32,904 nt of DNA from a candidate division WOR-3 bacterium. GTDB lineage: Bacteria > Hydrothermota > Tepidihabitantia > SM23-42 > JAOAFX01. Positions 19,057 to 27,862 of this stretch are shown here, one piece after another. The first letter of the stretch is position 1. Every line of letters starts with the position of its first letter. The position numbers and the translations under genes were made by a program. The notes below the pieces were generated by a model. That model was not told where the DNA came from, did no database searches, and saw only the letters and a list, made by a program, of their open reading frames with translations. The stretch is from assembly GCA_039802265.1 (NCBI GenBank), contig JBDRWI010000023.1:1-32904 (forward strand). Reading direction: 5' to 3'.

Positions 19057-20415
19057 CTATTTAGTAAAACGAAGGGTATTGAGGAGTAAATCCTTGTGTT
19101 CATTCAGGCGCCGCACCGCATAATCGCCGATCATTTGTAATGCAGAAAGGGTCGGATATGCCTCCTTTTCTCTGACCCTTCTCAATAAAGCGATACTCAG
19201 AAATCTAAAAATTGAGGTTCCTAAAAAAAGCAGATGAAAATTGACAAAGGTCTGACCTAAAAATTCAAACTTAAAATTCACAAACAATTGGGCAAGTAAT
19301 CCACCCAAAATTGATGAGAAGAATCCACAGATGCCTGTTATCGTTGAAAAGACCGCAAAGTATGATTCTTTTAACTCCTTTTCCTCGGTGAGGCTTAAAA
19401 GAATATTAAAGAGACTTAAGTTGATTCCGCTCCAGAATGCACCACTGAAAAAGGCATCAATCCAGATGGGTAAGATAAAATTTGGTGTTGCAAAAAGCCA
19501 GATTATTGGCAGGAAGGTAATACCAACAAAATTCATAACAAGTATGGGCTTTGACTTCACCCGGTCAATCATTCTTCCCCAGAAAATTTGAAACAAAAGG
19601 GAGGCAATCCCGGCGATAATTCCATACACGGCAATCATTGAATATGCCATCTTTAAATTTTTAATCATATGTACAACCCAGAATGGAGCGGCAATGCCTG
19701 CAAATAGATACCAGAAGGATACAAATTTTATAAGGGCAATAAAACTTTTATCCTTCAGGGGCTTTAAAAATACTTCACGAAAACTGATTTCTCTCTTTTC
19801 AAATTTTGGTTCAGGCTGAAGCGAAAGGGTGACTCCAGCAATTGTTGAGAATAAAACAGCGGTTGAAAATAGTGTTATATAAGCCCGGCGCGGTTCCCAG
19901 ATATCAAGAATCTTCCCGCCAAGATAGTTCACCACCATCCCAATCCCGTTTAAGATTGTATTTCTAACACCAAAGTATCTACCTCGCTGTTCCCTCGGTA
20001 TCAAGTCGCTCATCCAGGATAGCCAGAGATTTCCGGAAAAATTTAAAAGAAGATTAAATAAAAAGATAATTAAAAAAAAGATAGTAATGCTGATACGGAT
20101 ATTCAAGATAAGGGCGATAATAAAAAATATAAATAACCCCCTTCCCACTCCGGCAGTGAGGGCACAGGGTGTCTTTCGCTCACCAACGATATGGGCAATA
20201 TAGGCGGAAAAGAAACCAACCCCGGCAAGAAGCGATGGGATTGAAGCAAGAATACCCATCTGAAATGGATTGGCATTCAGAAAAAGGGCAAAGGAAGTAA
20301 GAAACATACCACCGGTAAGGGTGATGTGAAATTGGGCAAAGATACCTTCAATAATTGAAATGCGTGCACCCTTTATGCGGGTGTGCTCGCTTACATTCTC
20401 TACCTTAGTTCGTAT
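19057..20415 (-). CDS. MFS transporter; start uncertain (first ATG at 20307, coding frame extends to about 20415)
   Basis: Multiple TM segments, WMSDLIPREQRGRYFG, WGRMIDRVKSK. In-frame upstream ISIIEGIFAQFHITLTGG resembles TM1 of this family. Confidence 0.8.
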   Translation of the reverse strand: MRTKVENVSEHTRIKGARISIIEGIFAQFHITLTGGMFLTSFALFLNANPFQMGILASIPSLLAGVGFFSAYIAHIVGERKTPCALTAGVGRGLFIFFIIALILNIRISITIFFLIIFLFNLLLNFSGNLWLSWMSDLIPREQRGRYFGVRNTILNGIGMVVNYLGGKILDIWEPRRAYITLFSTAVLFSTIAGVTLSLQPEPKFEKREISFREVFLKPLKDKSFIALIKFVSFWYLFAGIAAPFWVVHMIKNLKMAYSMIAVYGIIAGIASLLFQIFWGRMIDRVKSKPILVMNFVGITFLPIIWLFATPNFILPIWIDAFFSGAFWSGINLSLFNILLSLTEEKELKESYFAVFSTITGICGFFSSILGGLLAQLFVNFKFEFLGQTFVNFHLLFLGTSIFRFLSIALLRRVREKEAYPTLSALQMIGDYAVRRLNEHKDLLLNTLRFTK

Positions 20416-22061
20416 ATGCTCGTCTCCTCTTCTTTTCCCTTAACTTTGACCTTACCTAATTCCTTAAAATAAAGTTCAATTGTTGGATGCTGTGCAACCA
20501 TTTGATAGGCCTTCTCACCAACGATTATATCAACGCCAAATTCTTTAGTCAATCCTTCAAGCCGTGATGCCAGGTTCACTGCATCACCAATAACCGTATA
20601 CTCCATTCTTATTGGCGAACCAAAATTTCCACTCACCACTATGCCTGAGTTTATTCCTACACCGATCTTGAAGCCCATCTCTCCGGCTTTCTTTACCATT
20701 TCCCGAGCGCACAAGCAGGCATTGAGCGCCGAATTTTTTAAAGCAACCGGATGCCCGAATACTGCCATTACACAATCACCGATAAACTTATCTACCCGTC
20801 CCTGATACTTAAAAACAATCATCACCATTTCCGTCAAGAATTTGTTCAATGATTTTGCTACATCTTCGGGTGTAGATTTTTCAGTATAAGGTGTAAAATT
20901 CCTAATATCCGCAAAGAGTATTGTGCAGAATACCTTCTCACCGCCCAGTTTGGGGGGTTCTTTTACGACCCTTTCGACAAGTTCTTTTGAATAGTATCGG
21001 GAAAAGATTGCCTTTATCCTTCGTTTCTCCTTTTCTTCAAATTGATACCGATAGACCAGGGAGATAATGATTGTGCCCAGAAAAACATAATAACCCCTGA
21101 TTACCCCCATCTGAATGCGGTTGTAGAATAATATAACAGAAACGAGAAAATATACGAAAAAGCAAACAATACTGAAAGGAATATAAAATCGGGTTGATTT
21201 AGTGAGTGTAAAGAAAGAGATAAAAAACGCCGGGATAATTGTTATTAATATAAGCAAACCCGCGGAGAGCTCTTTAATTCGCAATCTGTTGATAAGATTG
21301 TTTACCAGATTTGCCTGAATCTCAATCCCGGGAAAATGTCTTTTAAAAGGAACGGTATGATAGTCAAACAGACCCGGGGCAGTGCCACCAATGAGAACTA
21401 TCTTTCCGCTGAAATACTCCTGAGGCACCCTTTTAAAATAGACATCGCTGAATGGAATCCTTTTAAAGGAACCCGAAGTGAGATAGTAAATCAGAAATTT
21501 CCCTTGCAGTTCCTCATCACTGACCGATCGAGCAATCCGGGAGGCGAATGTCTCCTTTTCCTTTAACCAGGGATAACAGGTCCTTACCACACCATCATCA
21601 TCAGCAACAATCTCACCCAGACCACTCTGGGCAATATTACTAAATATTGACTCTTTATCGTAAGAACTAACGACAACGACCCTTTTATGTCGCAATATTG
21701 CACTGGTTAGCAATGAATCAAAATCCGGTTTCTGGTAGTATTTCTTCGCTGCATCCGGCAGGGTATCAGGTTCACCGAAAAATATATCAAGCCCAAGGAC
21801 TCTCACATTGGTTAGATAATCAATTACCTCAGCAAAATAGGCACGGGGCCAGTTCTGGTAACGACCGAGTTTGGTCAAACTGCTTTCGTCAATGTCAACA
21901 ATCACAATCTCCTTATTTTCCTGCGATGAAATACTTAAGGAGTATTTAAAATCATATATCCTTCTTTCAAAAGGTACCCATAATAGATTAATACAGAAAA
22001 AATGAAAGACTATGATTGTAATAAGGGCAATAAAGATTGCCAGGATAAATTTATTCTTCAA
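20400..22061 (-). CDS. CHASE2-domain class III adenylate cyclase
   Basis: CHASE2 motifs (IVIVDID..WPR..LDI, DDDGVVR, PGIEIQAN), three TM segments, FADIRNFT, DKFIGDCVMA (Lys indicates ATP specificity), YTVIGDAVNLASRLE. TTG start abuts the upstream TAA. Confidence 0.9.
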   Translation of the reverse strand: MKNKFILAIFIALITIIVFHFFCINLLWVPFERRIYDFKYSLSISSQENKEIVIVDIDESSLTKLGRYQNWPRAYFAEVIDYLTNVRVLGLDIFFGEPDTLPDAAKKYYQKPDFDSLLTSAILRHKRVVVVSSYDKESIFSNIAQSGLGEIVADDDGVVRTCYPWLKEKETFASRIARSVSDEELQGKFLIYYLTSGSFKRIPFSDVYFKRVPQEYFSGKIVLIGGTAPGLFDYHTVPFKRHFPGIEIQANLVNNLINRLRIKELSAGLLILITIIPAFFISFFTLTKSTRFYIPFSIVCFFVYFLVSVILFYNRIQMGVIRGYYVFLGTIIISLVYRYQFEEKEKRRIKAIFSRYYSKELVERVVKEPPKLGGEKVFCTILFADIRNFTPYTEKSTPEDVAKSLNKFLTEMVMIVFKYQGRVDKFIGDCVMAVFGHPVALKNSALNACLCAREMVKKAGEMGFKIGVGINSGIVVSGNFGSPIRMEYTVIGDAVNLASRLEGLTKEFGVDIIVGEKAYQMVAQHPTIELYFKELGKVKVKGKEEETSIYELR

Positions 22062-23159
22062 TTATTTCGTCCTTGAATAGACCCTAATGAATATATCCAC
22101 CAGCCTGGGGTCAAACTGACTTTTTTTATTTATTCTCAGCTCCCTTAAAGCCACCTCTGGTTCCATTCTTCCGCGATAAGGTCGGTCCGAAGTCATTGCA
22201 TCATAGGAATCCGCTATCGCAATTACCCGGGCAAAGAGGGGAATTTTTTTGCCCTTCAATCCAGCCGGATAACCTCTGCCATCAAATCTCTCGTGATGGT
22301 GCAGGATATTGGGAACAAGGCTCTTTAGTTTTGCAATCGGCGCAATTATTTCGGAGCCTAATTCGGGATGGCGCTTCATATATTCATATTCCTCATCACT
22401 CAAACGTCCCGGCTTGGAGAGAATTCTATCTGGAATACCAATCTTACCCACATCATGCAATATAGCAGAAATCTCCAGGTCTTTCATCTCTTCCTTTTTC
22501 AGTTTCAATCCGGCTCCAACCAGCAGTGAATATTCAACAACCCGGGCAGAATGCCCCTTGGTATATGGGTCCTTTGCATCTATTGCCTCAACAATTGACC
22601 TGATTGAAGACAAAAATAACTCATCAAGTTCCTTATAAAGCGAGGCATTTTCTATCGCTACCGCAATTTGATTTCCCAGTGCAGTAAAGAGTTCTTTATC
22701 ATCCTCGTTGAATTTACGATTCCCGCGTTTGTTTAAAACCTCCGCCACCCCAATAATCTTTCCTTTGGCAAATAGCGGAACTGCAAGTATTGAGCGTGTT
22801 ACAAACTTGGTCTTTTCATCAACCCCGCCAAACCAGCGGGGGTCCTTTCTCACATCCGGAACCAGCAGGGGCTTTTTATGCTCGGCAACCCAGCCAACGA
22901 TTCCCTTACCCATCGGTATCCTTATCTCCTTCAGCTCTCTTTCCTTTACCCCTCGTGCGGTCATAAAATAGAGTTCATTCCTCTCTTCATCAATTTTAAA
23001 TACACTTGATGCCTCGGCATCCATTACCTCTTCCGCCTTCTGTAGTATGATGTTCAGGAGGGCGTCAATATCAAGGGTGGAAGAAAAAATGAGTGAAGTA
23101 TCTATAAGGGTTTCGAGATTCTTTACCCTCTTTGCCAGTTCAGATGACTTTGATTTCAT
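22062..23159 (-). CDS. GAF + HD-GYP cyclic di-nucleotide phosphodiesterase
   Basis: GAF (GKGIVGWV..FVTRSILAVPL..VLNK), KDPYTKGHS, LHDVGKIG, HHERFDGRGYP, IADSYDAMTSDRPYR. Start moved to ATG 23159 after GAGG SD. Confidence 0.9.
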   Translation of the reverse strand: MKSKSSELAKRVKNLETLIDTSLIFSSTLDIDALLNIILQKAEEVMDAEASSVFKIDEERNELYFMTARGVKERELKEIRIPMGKGIVGWVAEHKKPLLVPDVRKDPRWFGGVDEKTKFVTRSILAVPLFAKGKIIGVAEVLNKRGNRKFNEDDKELFTALGNQIAVAIENASLYKELDELFLSSIRSIVEAIDAKDPYTKGHSARVVEYSLLVGAGLKLKKEEMKDLEISAILHDVGKIGIPDRILSKPGRLSDEEYEYMKRHPELGSEIIAPIAKLKSLVPNILHHHERFDGRGYPAGLKGKKIPLFARVIAIADSYDAMTSDRPYRGRMEPEVALRELRINKKSQFDPRLVDIFIRVYSRTK

Positions 23160-24150
23160 ATTTCCTCGTCCCGACTTTAAACTTCTCTGCATAAAAAAGT
23201 TGAATCTGGGAATCAATATCGGGTCTTATTCTATCTATGGGTTCGCGCACCATATCATATGATGCCTGGTCAATTGCTACCGGGTCAAAACCGGCAAGTA
23301 TACCAACATCAGCACAGACTGGTGGCTCAGTGGTATGCAGGCAATCACAATCAGGTGTAATATTTATCAAAAAATTTAAATAGAATATCTTCTTATTTTT
23401 TATTAAGTTAGCTGCATATTGGGCAATTCCTTTCTGGACTTCTTCAGAGGCTGCGCTCCAAGAAAATTTAATAGCCCTTTGCGGACAGATTGACATACAA
23501 CCTGCACATCCACTACATTTTTTTTGGTTTATCTTAACATATTTCCTTTCTTTTTCAATTGCATCATAGGCACAATAATCGTAGCATTTCAAACAGAGAT
23601 TACACCTTTCTGTTTCTATATAGGGATGGGAACGGGAATGGAGGGAAAGTTTGCCACCCTTTGCTGCACAACCCATACCTAAATTTTTTAATGCCGCGCC
23701 GAAACCGGTAACCATATGCCCCTTGAAGTGGCTGATGCAAATCATTGTATCTACATTCTTAAATACCAGAGCAATCTTTGAACCATTGACTTCAAAATAC
23801 TCATCTCCAAAAATGCCATCACCAATGATTATTGGAGCAAAATCAAAGTGATGTTCCTTTGCCAGTTCAATATGGGTATCGCCTTTAAATCTTCGCCCCG
23901 AGTAAAGAGTTGTAGTATCAGTTAGAAATGGACGTCCCCCTGCCTTTTTTACTAAATCAGTAATAATACGAATATATAATGGGTTCACAAAATTCAAATT
24001 GCCATCCTCACCAAAGTGAACCTTTACTGCAACCAGTGAACCTTTATCCACGATATTCATACCCCCCGAGACTTCAACTAATCTCTCCAGCATCTTCAGG
24101 TAATTTTCTTTTTGTTTCTTTCTCAGATCCAAGAAATAAATTCCTGCCAT
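23140..24150 (-). CDS. DUF362 family protein with two 4Fe-4S binding motifs
   Basis: KVHFGE, TDTTTLY, SHFKGH..GFGAALKNLGMG, CNLCLKCYDYC, CSGCAGCMSIC, PDCDC, DPVAID. Start placed at ATG 24150, downstream of the promoter. Confidence 0.85.
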   Translation of the reverse strand: MAGIYFLDLRKKQKENYLKMLERLVEVSGGMNIVDKGSLVAVKVHFGEDGNLNFVNPLYIRIITDLVKKAGGRPFLTDTTTLYSGRRFKGDTHIELAKEHHFDFAPIIIGDGIFGDEYFEVNGSKIALVFKNVDTMICISHFKGHMVTGFGAALKNLGMGCAAKGGKLSLHSRSHPYIETERCNLCLKCYDYCAYDAIEKERKYVKINQKKCSGCAGCMSICPQRAIKFSWSAASEEVQKGIAQYAANLIKNKKIFYLNFLINITPDCDCLHTTEPPVCADVGILAGFDPVAIDQASYDMVREPIDRIRPDIDSQIQLFYAEKFKVGTRKYEIKVI

Positions 24151-24163
24151 ATATTTTAATGTA

Positions 24164-24254
24164 ATGATATTTACTTTAAATAAAAAATCAAGAGGGAAAT
24201 TTAACATTCGGATTTATTTTTTAATCTTGACTTTTAGACTTTTTTTGTTAAAAT
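24164..24254. promoter_or_regulatory. Divergent sigma70-type promoters for the DUF362 operon and xerD
   Basis: Minus strand: TTGATT(24191-24186)-N16-TATCAT(24169-24164). Plus strand: TTGACT(24227-24232)-N16-TAAAAT(24249-24254). Confidence 0.6.
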
Positions 24255-24267
24255 TTGTTTATATACA

Positions 24268-25170
24268 ATGAACGAAAAATATATTTCTGACTTTGAAAAT
24301 TTCCTGATTGCCCGCGGTCAGGAGTTAAATACCATACAGTCTTACTGCTATGACCTGAAACAACTTGCCTTATTCCTCGGTGAAAATAATAGAGATTTCA
24401 TAAGTGCTGACGAGGTTGACCTGCGCAATTTTATTCATCGCCTCTTTGACCTCGGTTTGAGGCCGACTTCCATAAATAGAAAAATTTCTTCAATCCGGGC
24501 ATTCTATACCTATCTATTTCAGACCGGCGCGATTAAAAAAAATCCGGCTGTGGAACTTGAATTTTCAAAGGCGGGTAGAAGATTACCCGACACTCTCTCA
24601 GTTGAGGAAGTTATAACAATTATTGAATCGGCGGATGATAAAACCCCGCTTGGACTCCGCGACCGTGTTGGCCTTGAACTTCTTTACGGCGCTGGATTGC
24701 GTATTTCGGAATTACTGAATTTAAAACTGAACGACATACATCTTGACCAGGGTTTATTGAGTGTAACCGGCAAGGGGAATAAACAACGCCTCATTCCCTT
24801 CGGAAAAAAGGCGGGTCAGGCAATTGAGGAGTATCTTTATTATGGAAGACCAAAACTTTTGAAAAATAAACCTTCAGCATTACTTATTCTTAATTGCCGG
24901 GGCAAGAAACTTTCAAGGATGGGATTTTTGAAAATTTTGAAAACTTATAAAATTAAAGCGGGCATCAAAAAACGTATCACCCCCCACACATTTCGTCATT
25001 CCTTTGCCACCCATCTGCTTGAGGGGGGCGCTGATTTGCGCGCTGTTCAGGAATTGCTAGGCCATGCCAGTATCACAACCACCCAGATATATACTCATAT
25101 TGACCGTGAATATCTGAAGGAAGTTCATCGCCAGTTTCACCCGAGAGAAAGGTATAGCCAAAGATCGTAA
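24268..25170 (+). CDS. xerD: Site-specific tyrosine recombinase XerD
   Basis: GLRISEL, GKGNKQRL, TPHTFRHSFATHLLEGGADLRAVQELLGHASITTTQIYTH, C-terminal FHPR. Confidence 0.92.
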   Translation: MNEKYISDFENFLIARGQELNTIQSYCYDLKQLALFLGENNRDFISADEVDLRNFIHRLFDLGLRPTSINRKISSIRAFYTYLFQTGAIKKNPAVELEFSKAGRRLPDTLSVEEVITIIESADDKTPLGLRDRVGLELLYGAGLRISELLNLKLNDIHLDQGLLSVTGKGNKQRLIPFGKKAGQAIEEYLYYGRPKLLKNKPSALLILNCRGKKLSRMGFLKILKTYKIKAGIKKRITPHTFRHSFATHLLEGGADLRAVQELLGHASITTTQIYTHIDREYLKEVHRQFHPRERYSQRS

Positions 25171-25225
25171 ATTGACGCTGATAATCCGCCACTATTGATT
25201 TAAAGATTTGATTTTTTGTTGGCTA

Positions 25226-25253
25226 TTGACCAACAAAAAATTTTTTGTATAAT
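25226..25253 (+). promoter_or_regulatory. Sigma70-type promoter, likely leaderless, for buk
   Basis: TTGACC-N16-TATAAT, 5 nt before ATG 25259, no SD. Confidence 0.75.
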
Positions 25254-25258
25254 CGTCT

Positions 25259-26332
25259 ATGAATTACTATATCTTGGTTATTAACCCTGGTGCAGGTTCA
25301 ACCAGGATTGCAGTCTACAAAAATGAAAGACCGATTCTTGAAGAGAATATCAGACATAGTTCTGATGAATTGCTCAAATTCCCTAAAATAATTGATCAAT
25401 ACCAGTGGCGTAAGGAGAAGATTCTTGACTCACTAAATAACAAAAATTTTGATTTAAAGACACTGAGCGCGGTGGTCGGAAGGGGTGGACCATTCAAACC
25501 CCTTAAAAGTGGAACTTATCTTGTCAATGAAAGGTTAATTACAGATATAAAAAGGGGGAATTATCAATCCGAACATCCTTCCCTTTTAGGGGCAATGATT
25601 GCCAAAGAAATTGCCGATTCATTAAAAATCAATGCCTATTTTGTTGACCCGGTATCAGTGGATGAATTCTGGGAATTATCCAGATTCTCGGGTCTAAAAG
25701 AGATTCAGAGGAAGGCATTGAGCCACGCCTTAAATGTGCGAATGGTCGCTAAAAAGACCGCCAAGAAACTACAAAAACCCTATAACAGGTGTTCTTTTAT
25801 CATCGTCCATCTTGGTACAGGAATAACCGTGGCAGCCCATTTGAAGGGCAAACAGATTGATTCATCAAATGCCAATGAGGATGGGCCATTTTCACCCCAG
25901 AGAACCGGTTCATTGCCCACCATACCCCTGGTTGAATTATGCTTCAGTGGAAAATACAAGGAGTCTGAAATAAAAAAGAAATTGCTCCGGGAAGGTGGAT
26001 TGCTGTCATATCTGGGGACAGACGATATAGCGGAGGTTGAAAAGCGGATTGATTCGGGTGACAAATATGCAGAACTCGTCTATAACGCCCTAATCTATCA
26101 AATAGCCAAGGAAGTTGGTGCTTATGCGGTTGTCTTGAAGGGGAAGATTGATGCCATAATCATCACCGGTGGCATTGCCCATTCTAAGAAGTTTGTCAAT
26201 AGATTAAAGTCCTGGATTAAATTTCTCTGTCCTAAATTTTTTGTATATCCTGGTGAAGGTGAGATGGAGGCACTCGCCCTGGGCGTCCTGCGTGTCCTTA
26301 AGGGAGAGGAAGAACCATTAGAGTACAATTAA
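25259..26332 (+). CDS. buk: Butyrate (branched-chain carboxylate) kinase
   Basis: ILVINPG.GST, VGRGG, DPVSVDE, HALN, HLGTG, GPFSPQRTG, TGGIAH, YPGEGEMEALA. Confidence 0.93.
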   Translation: MNYYILVINPGAGSTRIAVYKNERPILEENIRHSSDELLKFPKIIDQYQWRKEKILDSLNNKNFDLKTLSAVVGRGGPFKPLKSGTYLVNERLITDIKRGNYQSEHPSLLGAMIAKEIADSLKINAYFVDPVSVDEFWELSRFSGLKEIQRKALSHALNVRMVAKKTAKKLQKPYNRCSFIIVHLGTGITVAAHLKGKQIDSSNANEDGPFSPQRTGSLPTIPLVELCFSGKYKESEIKKKLLREGGLLSYLGTDDIAEVEKRIDSGDKYAELVYNALIYQIAKEVGAYAVVLKGKIDAIIITGGIAHSKKFVNRLKSWIKFLCPKFFVYPGEGEMEALALGVLRVLKGEEEPLEYN

Positions 26333-26368
26333 AGAAAATGTAAAATCACCAGCAAAAATTTTGCACTC

Positions 26369-26396
26369 TTGACATTTGCAAAAAGGGGAATATAAT
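26369..26396 (+). promoter_or_regulatory. Sigma70-type promoter of the selenoprotein gene
   Basis: TTGACA-N16-TATAAT, then SD-like AAGGGGGT before ATG 26418. Confidence 0.75.
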
Positions 26397-26417
26397 TTAC
26401 AATGAAAAGGGGGTAAA

Positions 26418-27479
26418 ATGAAATTCAAAAAACTCCTACCCTTAAGTCTCCTTATTCTTCTCTTGTCAACCCCGGGCTTTGCTGCCCAGAGGGTGGTAGT
26501 TTGTGAGGAACTCTATCAGGAAGACTGAGGTGGCTGCACCATTGCCAGTGGGACACTGGCACAGATTGCCATAAACTATCCGGGCAGGGTCGCAGCAATA
26601 GAGATGCATATTGATAATCAATTTCCTCTATACAATGCTGAGGCGCGCCAGAGAATGTACTTTTATCCACCCCCACATTGGTATAATGGTTCTTGGATAT
26701 ATGCAACCCCTTGGCTCTGGATCGATGGCACTAAAAAAGGCCGCACCACTTACACAAATTGGCAAGATTCTATAGTTGCCAGGATGAACCGTCCTTCACC
26801 TTTTTTCTGCACAATGTGGGGAATATATAATCAGGGGACAGGAAATGGAACAGTCTATGCAAAATTCAAGAGCGATACTACCGCAACGGTTACTGGACGT
26901 GTCCGTTTTGTTCTGACCGAGGATAGTTTATATTACTTAGGACCAAATGGTGATGGATGGCACAACCATGTGGCAAGGGATTATCTACCGGATACAGGTG
27001 GAACAGCAGTAACTATTGCACCCGGTGATTCTGTAATTGTTAGCAGGAATTTCACGGTTCAAGCAGGCTGGAATGCAAACCGGTGTGAAATCGTTGCCTG
27101 GATACAAGACATAGTTTTGCGACCAGATACTACAATTGAAATCTGGCAGGGTGGAATGATTAAAGTTACAGATTTGACTGCGGTCGAAGAAGATATTTCA
27201 CAAAAACCAGTGATACTCGCAATCTCACCCATTCCCAATCCCTGTGTGGACCAAACCAGATTTATCTTCACGCTTAATAAAGGTGAATCATATACCATTT
27301 CATTCTTTGATGTGAGTGGGCGAAAGATTCGTGAGATAAAAGGATATGCATCAGGAGATAAACAGATAATAGAATGGGATTTGAAAAATCAAACAGGTCA
27401 AAGGGTCAATTCTGGGGTTTATCTTTACCACTTTGAGAGTAACACAACCAATACATCAGGGAAAATTGTAGTTAGATAA
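26418..27479 (+). CDS. Secreted Omp28-like thioredoxin-fold selenoprotein (UxxC) with C-terminal FlgD-Ig/T9SS-like domain, 353 aa
   Basis: MKFKKLLPLSLLILLLSTPGFA-AQRVVVCEELYQED-TGA-GGCTIA..RVAAIEMH is in frame with the 26604 ORF. TGA at 26526-26528 occupies the first Cys of the Omp28 CxxC motif. Further motifs: TPWLWIDG, VLTEDSL, HNHVARD, IVAWIQD, and C-terminal PNP..FDVSGRKI..WD..SGVY. Confidence 0.85.
26530..26572 (+). promoter_or_regulatory. Candidate bacterial SECIS element
   Basis: Perfect stem TGCCAGTG(26543-26550)/CACTGGCA(26554-26561) with a GGA loop starting 22 nt after the UGA. Lower stem GTGGC(26530-26534)/GCCAT(26568-26572). Confidence 0.7.
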
Positions 27480-27501
27480 AATAAGAGTCATAACTATGTC
27501 T

Positions 27502-27534
27502 AAGGCGCGGCACTTAAATCGCCGCGCCTTTTTT
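27502..27534 (+). terminator. Rho-independent terminator
   Basis: AAGGCGCGGC-N9-GCCGCGCCTT followed by TTTT. Confidence 0.9.
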
Positions 27535-27575
27535 AATTTGCTTCTGATTTGGGTAAGATTAATTAAAAATTCACC

Positions 27576-27604
27576 TTGACAAAGGAGAAATTTATGGATA
27601 TAAT
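27576..27604 (+). promoter_or_regulatory. Sigma70-type promoter upstream of the S8 protease
   Basis: TTGACA-N17-TATAAT, about 260 nt upstream of ATG 27863. Confidence 0.7.
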
Positions 27605-27862
27605 TATAATAGTTACTGGGAAATTTAAAAATTACTGTGCAAGACTTAAGTCATATTCTGTATGGCGTTTATATAAATACGACAATGAGGAATAGGGTAT
27701 CGACTATTTTTAGCCAAATGATAATGCCTTTGTCCAAAGAATTATCAAGGAGCACTAACTCCTTGATAGAAGATGATGAATAAGAAAGGAGGTGATATAA
27801 AGAGCAAATAAGAGCAATTGAAATAGCTGGGAAAGTTATAGCACTAAAAGAAAGGAGGCAAT

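Noticed and set aside
24268..25170. Tyrosine recombinase as the integrase of a mobile element
   Set aside because: The sequence is typical housekeeping XerD. No att repeats, tRNA or cargo are visible.
26604..27479. 291-aa ORF as called in the track, or a nonsense pseudogene
   Set aside because: It lacks a signal peptide and the N-terminal thioredoxin strand. The TGA sits exactly at the redox Cys position with a downstream hairpin, which favours Sec readthrough.
27741..27770. SAM-I riboswitch (TTATCAAG start)
   Set aside because: The downstream conserved GAGGGA/GCAACC/GGTGC elements are absent.
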